Source: Pseudomonadota bacterium (GTDB lineage: Bacteria > Pseudomonadota > Gammaproteobacteria > Burkholderiales > Burkholderiaceae_C). Taken from it: DNA of 64,000 bases. The stretch covers positions 5,743 through 69,742 of the forward strand of contig JARXKP010000001.1 in the NCBI GenBank assembly GCA_030271615.1. The letters run 5' to 3'. The notes beneath the pieces are model-generated. The model searched no databases, was not told where the DNA came from, and was given only the letters and a program-made list of their open reading frames with translations. The position numbers and the translations under genes are program-made. Position 1 is the first letter of the stretch, and each line of letters begins with the position of its first letter. This document shows positions 58,621 to 64,000 of this stretch, piece by piece.

Positions 58621-60197
58621 CCCTGCCTGGCAGCGATCAGCGACATGCCGATCAACCCGACCAGGAAAACACCGACCAGTCCGCCCGATGAAAGAATGAA
58701 TTTAAACCGGTCCACTCTGCCACGCTTGTGGTCAGCATCATTGGTAACCATCGACACCATACCCAAAAGAGGAAAATCGAATTTAGACCGCAATTCGCTG
58801 GCGCTGTGAAACACCGGACGCAGTTGGCTTGCCGCAAAAGCAACAAGAAACCCCGAAATAATGGCCGCGACCATGGCCATCACTAAGAGGATAAGGCGAT
58901 TGGGTGATACAGGCTTATCCGTAACACGAGGAGGATCAATCAATCGAAAATCAACACCGCCGGTTGCCGAGTCGAGATCACCTGACATTTCAGCCGTTTC
59001 GCGACGCTTAACAAGATCTTCGTAATTTCTCTTGTTGATCTCGTAGTCTCGATTGAGTTGCGCCGCCTCGGCCTCAATTTGCGGAGCGACCTTGAGCAAT
59101 TCGCGCGCCTGCTTGTAGCGGGAGGTGTATTCCGAAACCCGGGCCTTGAGGGCCGCGACTTGAAGCTCCGAATTCGCCATCATTTTGTTCAGCTCTTGAT
59201 AAACAAGGTTATTGTTGCTAGAGGGATTAGATGGATTTGCCAGCGCAGCTTTCCGCAGCTCCTTCAACTCCTTCTTTTTCTGATCTTCAAGTTCGCGAAT
59301 CAATTTTCGCGTCGTAACAACATCTGGATGTTGATCGGTGAATCTTTGAAGCAACGCGTCAAGGTTGCGCTTTTGCACATCAATTCGACCATCGATCTCT
59401 GGCGTTCCAACAGCAAGTGATATGTCGTCTGCCTGCGATTCGACTGCAGATGCACTTCCAGTTTGGGCTTTTTCATTTTCAAGCTGCTGACGACTGGCTT
59501 GGAGGGCTTGCTCTGCCTCTCGCAATTCCAGCTTGGCCTGCTCAACTTGTTCGCTCAATTGGCCCAAGCGCGAGACAGAATCCTTGCCATCACTGGTTTG
59601 CATTTCAATATTGCGTATTCTGAAATCTTTCAATCGAGCTTCAGCTTCGAGTAGCTTTCCCTCGTAAGCCTTGATTTGATCATTGATAAAAACTTTGGCC
59701 GAATCGGCGTCTTTCCTGGATGATCCCAAGCTCGATTCGATAAAAATAGAAACAAAGGACTGAATTACTTTCTGTGCCTTTGCTGCATTGGAGTCTCGGA
59801 AAGCGAGGGTGTAGAGACTGTCACGCCCAACAGATTTTATTTGCAAGGTATTCATCAAATCAGTTACCAAAGCATCCTGCTGAGCCTTCGATTGAGCCTT
59901 GAGATCCAGATCCGCCATTCGAACAAGTTTTTCGACATTCGGACGGCTGATCAAGGTGCGACTCAACATGGCGACTTGCTGATCGACATTGGGCTGCACT
60001 GCAAGTCCAGACATCAACGGCTTCAAAATAGAATCTGTATTGACGAACACGCGCGAGGACGCTTCATACTGGTCGGGAATAGAGAACGCCGCCACCGCTC
60101 CAGCGATTCCCACCAGCCAAGCGACAGCCACAGACGGCCACCGAAATCGCCACATGCTACGTGCGATTGTGGATAACTGAGCTAGTAATTCTTCCAT
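58617..60197 (-). CDS. XrtA system polysaccharide chain-length determinant (Wzz/PCP family, EpsF-like)
   Basis: 526 aa. N-terminal TM (WPSVAVAWLVGIAGAVAAF), long coiled-coil periplasmic region, PPRVTDKPVSPNRL motif, C-terminal TMs. Confidence 0.8.
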   Translation of the reverse strand: MEELLAQLSTIARSMWRFRWPSVAVAWLVGIAGAVAAFSIPDQYEASSRVFVNTDSILKPLMSGLAVQPNVDQQVAMLSRTLISRPNVEKLVRMADLDLKAQSKAQQDALVTDLMNTLQIKSVGRDSLYTLAFRDSNAAKAQKVIQSFVSIFIESSLGSSRKDADSAKVFINDQIKAYEGKLLEAEARLKDFRIRNIEMQTSDGKDSVSRLGQLSEQVEQAKLELREAEQALQASRQQLENEKAQTGSASAVESQADDISLAVGTPEIDGRIDVQKRNLDALLQRFTDQHPDVVTTRKLIRELEDQKKKELKELRKAALANPSNPSSNNNLVYQELNKMMANSELQVAALKARVSEYTSRYKQARELLKVAPQIEAEAAQLNRDYEINKRNYEDLVKRRETAEMSGDLDSATGGVDFRLIDPPRVTDKPVSPNRLILLVMAMVAAIISGFLVAFAASQLRPVFHSASELRSKFDFPLLGMVSMVTNDADHKRGRVDRFKFILSSGGLVGVFLVGLIGMSLIAARQG

Positions 60198-60285
60198 TAG
60201 ATCAATCGCGTATGAGCAAAGAATTGTTGATATCGACTATATACATCAATCGACAGACTATATTAAAATGGAAAGCTTAACCGAC

Positions 60286-60921
60286 TTAGAAAAAACTTTG
60301 CGGTATTATTAATATGTCGCCAGGCTTCATCTCAACATTGGCGGAAATATCCCCTCGCTTCACCAAGTCCTTCAAGCGAACCGAATATTGCTTGTTTGAG
60401 TCGCCCGTCCGTAAAATAGTCGCGTCGTTACCAGCTGCAAAATCTGTGAGACCGCCGACGGCAATCATCACATCAAGCAGACTCATTTTCTGTTTATAGG
60501 AAAGTACCTGCGGCCTGGCAGCCTCCCCAACGACTCGAATCTGCTGATCATAAGGACCGACAAAACCCGTTACGATGACGGTTACGACAGGGTCCCTCAC
60601 ATATTTGGCGAGCATTTTTTCGATTTCGCGCGCTATCTCCACTGGGTTCTTCCCTTGAGCAACGAGCTCGTCGATCAAGGGAGTCGAGAATTTTCCGTCG
60701 GGTCGCACCGGAACCGACATGGACAATTCCGGATTTCGCCACACAATGATATTTATATTGTCACCCGGCCCAACGATATAACTGTAATCCTGGGTCGAGG
60801 CAATTGGCGGCGCTGGCTCCAATTTCTCTGACAGACTCCCGCACCCAGATAACATTGCCGCGCAGATCAGCATCGACATGCCTTGGAACAAGGTCGACCT
60901 AAATTTGCCGAAAATACACAT
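60286..60921 (-). CDS. XrtA/PEP-CTERM system polysaccharide export lipoprotein (Wza/OPX family, EpsE-like)
   Basis: Lipobox AAMLSGC. PES motif region YIVGPGDNINIIVWRNPELS. SLBB-like GDILIIPQSFF. Start is one of Met 60951/60921/60879. Confidence 0.75.
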   Translation of the reverse strand: MCIFGKFRSTLFQGMSMLICAAMLSGCGSLSEKLEPAPPIASTQDYSYIVGPGDNINIIVWRNPELSMSVPVRPDGKFSTPLIDELVAQGKNPVEIAREIEKMLAKYVRDPVVTVIVTGFVGPYDQQIRVVGEAARPQVLSYKQKMSLLDVMIAVGGLTDFAAGNDATILRTGDSNKQYSVRLKDLVKRGDISANVEMKPGDILIIPQSFF

Positions 60922-61173
60922 TGTCTTTCCCTTCACCAAAAAATAACTCATCTCACATTGAAGCGTCGTTCTCTGGCTCACGAGAACCCGCGCGACCAAG
61001 GCCCGAAAGGATAAATTGCGTTCATTACCTACAGTAACGATGATGGCACGCAGCAGCAACCATCCGCAACGTTCTTCACAGAGCGACTGTCGCGTTCTGT
61101 GCTGCTATCGTGAATTAGCCACAACGGATGGGGCTGGTGCCGTCGATGGATCGCCCATGCGGCGCACGTACCA

Positions 61174-63327
61174 TCACCGAACTTCCAACAAATCGAGGTC
61201 GGATCCGATCCAACCGTTAAACAACGGGATCAGTAAAGTTACTTCTGTACCCTTTTCCGGATCACTGACAACCGAAATCTTTCCACCAAGCTCTTGAATG
61301 TATTGCGAGCTCTCGTAGGCACCGATGCCCATGCCGGTCGGCTTGGTCGATTGAAACGGTCGGAACAAGCGATCGCGAATGAATTCTGCCGTCATTCCAT
61401 GCCCCGTATCGCCAACGACGACTCGCGCTCGATCGCCGAGTTTGTCGAGTCGGAGCCAGACCTGTCCGTTCGAGTCGGTTGCATCCAGCGCGTTGTGCAC
61501 TAAATGTCCGATCACTCGCTCAATCCTCTCATCGTGCCCGCGCACGACAACAGATTCGTGACAGCTGATTTCGATGCGCCGCCCGCGGCTATTTGTGACG
61601 GATTCGATACGCTGAACGACACCCCCTAGATCAACGCCAAAAGTTGTTCCTGCCGGTGTCGTACCTTCGCGCAACTGCGCCATCAGTTGCCGCATTTTCT
61701 CCAAGGAGTTTTCGACGGTGTCGAGCATGTCTCGTTGAAATTCCGGATTGGCGTGCAACCGCTTGGCGTTCTTCATCATCAGAGAAAGTTGCGTAACGAT
61801 GTTCTTGAGATCGTGCACTACAAAGGCCGACATGCGGTTGAATGCATCGAACTTACGAACTTCCAATAAAGCCTCGGTCGCCACCATCTGGGCCAAGAAA
61901 CTGGCGGCTTGCCTAGCCGCGGTTTTGAGCAGATCGTGAACTTCCCAATTGGCATCGAAAGGAATTCTTGCTCTAAGCAAGACGACAAATCCCATCAATT
62001 TATCCGCAACAATCAGAGGAACTATCAACCAAGCCTGAGGTATAGACTGCAACCATACCGGAAGGGGCATCGCCTCATAACGCCCAGGGAATGAACGATA
62101 TTCCTCGAGATTTATAACTGTACTTTCTTGCTCCAAGATGCGGCACAGATCCGAGGTAACCTCTTCGACCTCGTGTCTCGCCTCGAGATTCAGCCGAGCG
62201 GTCTGATGAAATCCGGTTGCGTCCGGCGTTCTCATCCAAAGACCCCCTCCTGGGCTCTCAACCAAATCGGCCAATCCTCGAATAACCTGCCTTCCCATTT
62301 CCTGTGGCGTGCTTTGCGAACAGAGCGCATGCGTAAACTTTAACCATTCTTCGCGGTAGTCGTACCTGTACCGAAAAAAATTCTTACTCAAGAAAATTCG
62401 TAATTTAGCGCGAACAGAACCAGATACAGTCAACAGTATAAAAAATACCAACGAAACGAAGACGATGCATATTTGAAATGCTCGCCCCCAGTTTCCGCCA
62501 AAAAACTTGACATAATATCCAACCCCGGAGATCAAGAGCAAATACACTCCGCAAATAAGCAACGTAGCGGAATGAAATGCGGTGCTCCGAGAAATTCGCA
62601 GTTGCGAAGTCCAATCCTTAAGCCGCATGGTCGATATGAAGAGCAGCGGAGCCATCAGTGCGTGTATGGCCCCTCGAATACTGTATAAATCAACGTCAAC
62701 CTTGCCGAAAATTACTGCCTGCGAGTACATGTAAAGGTCGAATGCGAAGGATCCCGCCAACCCTGCGCTTACGGGCTTGACGCTCCAGCGTGAATCTTGA
62801 GACGCGTTACGAAAAACTTGCTCGACCAAGAACAAGCCAAAGATAGCCAGCGCCATCGAACTCATCGGAATCAACCGAGTTCTAGCCAACCAATCGAATC
62901 CAAAGGGTTCGATGCTGTGGACGACCACTGAGCCCACAACCAGCAGAAACGCCGCGATAGCAAGCGCAGTGATCCGAGTTGGCCTGCGGCCCGGCTGCTC
63001 CGGTCGGATCAACAACAGGAAGGCAAGCCAAAGTCCGTAACGAAAAACGTCAGTGACAGAGGCAAACCATGCCATCAGACGATCGTCGAACACGACACCC
63101 GCCATCGCGAACCACCCCCACAAGGAGGTGCAACAGACCGCTCCGAGCAGAGTGATAGCCGGAGCCGTTCTAATTGAATGCCCGTAACCAACGCGGATGA
63201 GGGTCAGCGCGAACGCCAAGTGCGCCACGCCTACAAACCCGAAACTCCAAGCAGCGAATGAGCTGGTGTGCGCGTCCATACTTTCCATACGAATAAAAAC
63301 GACTAGAAGCTTGGCAAGACATTCCAA
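61174..63327 (-). CDS. prsK: XrtA/PEP-CTERM system histidine kinase PrsK
   Basis: About 300-aa polytopic N-terminus, GAF-like middle. H-box SAFVVHDLKNIVTQL. N-box VIGHLVHNALDA, G-boxes VGDTGHGM and GMGIGAY. Start may be Met 63279. Confidence 0.8.
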   Translation of the reverse strand: MECLAKLLVVFIRMESMDAHTSSFAAWSFGFVGVAHLAFALTLIRVGYGHSIRTAPAITLLGAVCCTSLWGWFAMAGVVFDDRLMAWFASVTDVFRYGLWLAFLLLIRPEQPGRRPTRITALAIAAFLLVVGSVVVHSIEPFGFDWLARTRLIPMSSMALAIFGLFLVEQVFRNASQDSRWSVKPVSAGLAGSFAFDLYMYSQAVIFGKVDVDLYSIRGAIHALMAPLLFISTMRLKDWTSQLRISRSTAFHSATLLICGVYLLLISGVGYYVKFFGGNWGRAFQICIVFVSLVFFILLTVSGSVRAKLRIFLSKNFFRYRYDYREEWLKFTHALCSQSTPQEMGRQVIRGLADLVESPGGGLWMRTPDATGFHQTARLNLEARHEVEEVTSDLCRILEQESTVINLEEYRSFPGRYEAMPLPVWLQSIPQAWLIVPLIVADKLMGFVVLLRARIPFDANWEVHDLLKTAARQAASFLAQMVATEALLEVRKFDAFNRMSAFVVHDLKNIVTQLSLMMKNAKRLHANPEFQRDMLDTVENSLEKMRQLMAQLREGTTPAGTTFGVDLGGVVQRIESVTNSRGRRIEISCHESVVVRGHDERIERVIGHLVHNALDATDSNGQVWLRLDKLGDRARVVVGDTGHGMTAEFIRDRLFRPFQSTKPTGMGIGAYESSQYIQELGGKISVVSDPEKGTEVTLLIPLFNGWIGSDLDLLEVR

Positions 63328-63554
63328 GCGTCAATGCCGAAGGACGGCCCGAAGAATTCGGCATGACTTGCGCTTGCGAGCGTACAGGATGCTCGGTTGG
63401 TCGGATCGAGTGCGACAGACTCGACACGGCACCCACATTTCTTTCGCGCCGGCTCGCAAACCCTGAAACTTAGCGCCCTCTCCAAGCATCCATATCACCC
63501 CGGGGTTCTATACTGAAGTGACACAGAATGCACAAGTCAGCAACAAGGTCGGAC

Positions 63555-64000
63555 ATGGGTACGAAGCTCAAGATTTCGGGATGGATCGCCCTCGGAGCCG
63601 TGGCTGGCGCACTGGCCACGATGCAGTTGCAAGCCTCGGCGCGCAATGCGGTCAGCTCCCTGCCGCTTGAGGAATTGCAGCAGCTCGCTGCGGTGTTCGG
63701 CATGGTCAAGAGTGACTACGTCGAAGTGGTCGACGAGAAAAAGCTCATCACCGACGCCATCGGCGGCATGGTGGCGGGGCTCGATCCGCACTCCCAGTAT
63801 TTCGACAAGAAGTCGTGGAAGGAATTCCGCGAAGGAACCACCGGGCGCTTCGTCGGTGTCGGCATCGAAATCGGCATGGAAGACGGTCTGGTCAAGGTGG
63901 TCACACCAATTGAAGGCTCACCGGCGTTTCGCGCCGGACTGAAAAGCGGCGACCTGATCACCAAGATCGACGACTCGGTCGTCAAAGGCCTGAGCCTGGA
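63555..64000 (+). CDS. ctpA: carboxy-terminal processing protease (S41 peptidase, Ctp/Prc), 5' fragment running off the window
   Basis: My own translation from ATG 63555 (alternative ATG 63528): MGTKLKISGWIALGAVAGALATMQLQASA..FGMVKSDYVEVVDEKKLITDAIGGMVAGLDPHSQYF..GIEIGMEDGLVKVVTPIEGSPAFRAGLKSGDLITKIDD. This is the typical N-terminal and PDZ region of S41 proteases. Not in the ORF track because no stop lies in the window. Confidence 0.75.
   Translation, partial: MGTKLKISGWIALGAVAGALATMQLQASARNAVSSLPLEELQQLAAVFGMVKSDYVEVVDEKKLITDAIGGMVAGLDPHSQYFDKKSWKEFREGTTGRFVGVGIEIGMEDGLVKVVTPIEGSPAFRAGLKSGDLITKIDDSVVKGLSL

Noticed and set aside
61044-61059. Sigma-54-like -24 element TGGCACG upstream of the exporter gene, expected because PrsR is a sigma-54 activator.
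   Set aside because: It is on the plus strand, the wrong orientation for the minus-strand operon. The -12 position reads AGCA rather than TTGC. I found no convincing GG-N10-GC promoter by eye elsewhere, so a matrix scan is needed.

Overview
High-GC, probably proteobacterial, chromosomal segment. About 55 kb of it (6.6-63.3 kb) is one large exopolysaccharide locus. All family assignments come from reading motifs in the translations; no search was run.

Layout:
(i) 7-2085: a partner-switching module (FHA-PP2C phosphatase, STAS antagonist, RsbW-like kinase).
(ii) 2412-6507: an ABC ATPase with no permease, translationally coupled to a LolA-like lipoprotein and a putative outer-membrane barrel, then a STAND-like gene with an apparent frameshift.
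(iii) 6659-9006: a WbpO/WbpP (TviB/TviC)-like pair for UDP-HexNAc uronic acid.
(iv) 9017-14232: two giant paralogous O-antigen-ligase-like membrane proteins, one fused to VanZ.
(v) 14361-35244: a variable glycosylation region. It holds two AsnB-like proteins without the Cys nucleophile, about 9 glycosyltransferase domains, a deacetylase, an acyltransferase and several unknown proteins.
(vi) 35946-39373: Wzm/Wzt ABC exporter and a pyruvyl-transferase-like gene.
(vii) 39566-63327: the canonical exosortase A (XrtA/EpsH) PEP-CTERM-associated EPS core. This includes the O-glycosylation ligase, CapK-like ligase, glycosyltransferases, AsnB amidotransferase, XrtA-EpsI fusion, FemAB-like protein, deacetylase, WecB, ATPase, outer-membrane barrel, tyrosine kinase, chain-length determinant, Wza-like exporter and the PrsK kinase.
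(viii) 63555-64000: 5' end of an S41 C-terminal processing protease.

Genes from 27540 to 63327 form one ~36 kb run on the minus strand.

Most notable observations:
- Strong GC mosaicism, with low-GC blocks inside a roughly 60-65% GC background by hand counts of single lines.
- One compositional seam falls exactly at an in-frame fusion of two GT4 domains.
- A perfect (CTCGGG)x10 microsatellite, which is also a G-quadruplex motif, sits in a 700-bp AT-rich gap inside the long gene run.
- Two export systems (ABC and Wza/Wzc-type) are present, but no Wzx flippase, priming transferase, PrsR/PrsT or PEP-CTERM substrate is visible in the window.
- No rRNA, tRNA, CRISPR array, transposase or integrase was recognised.
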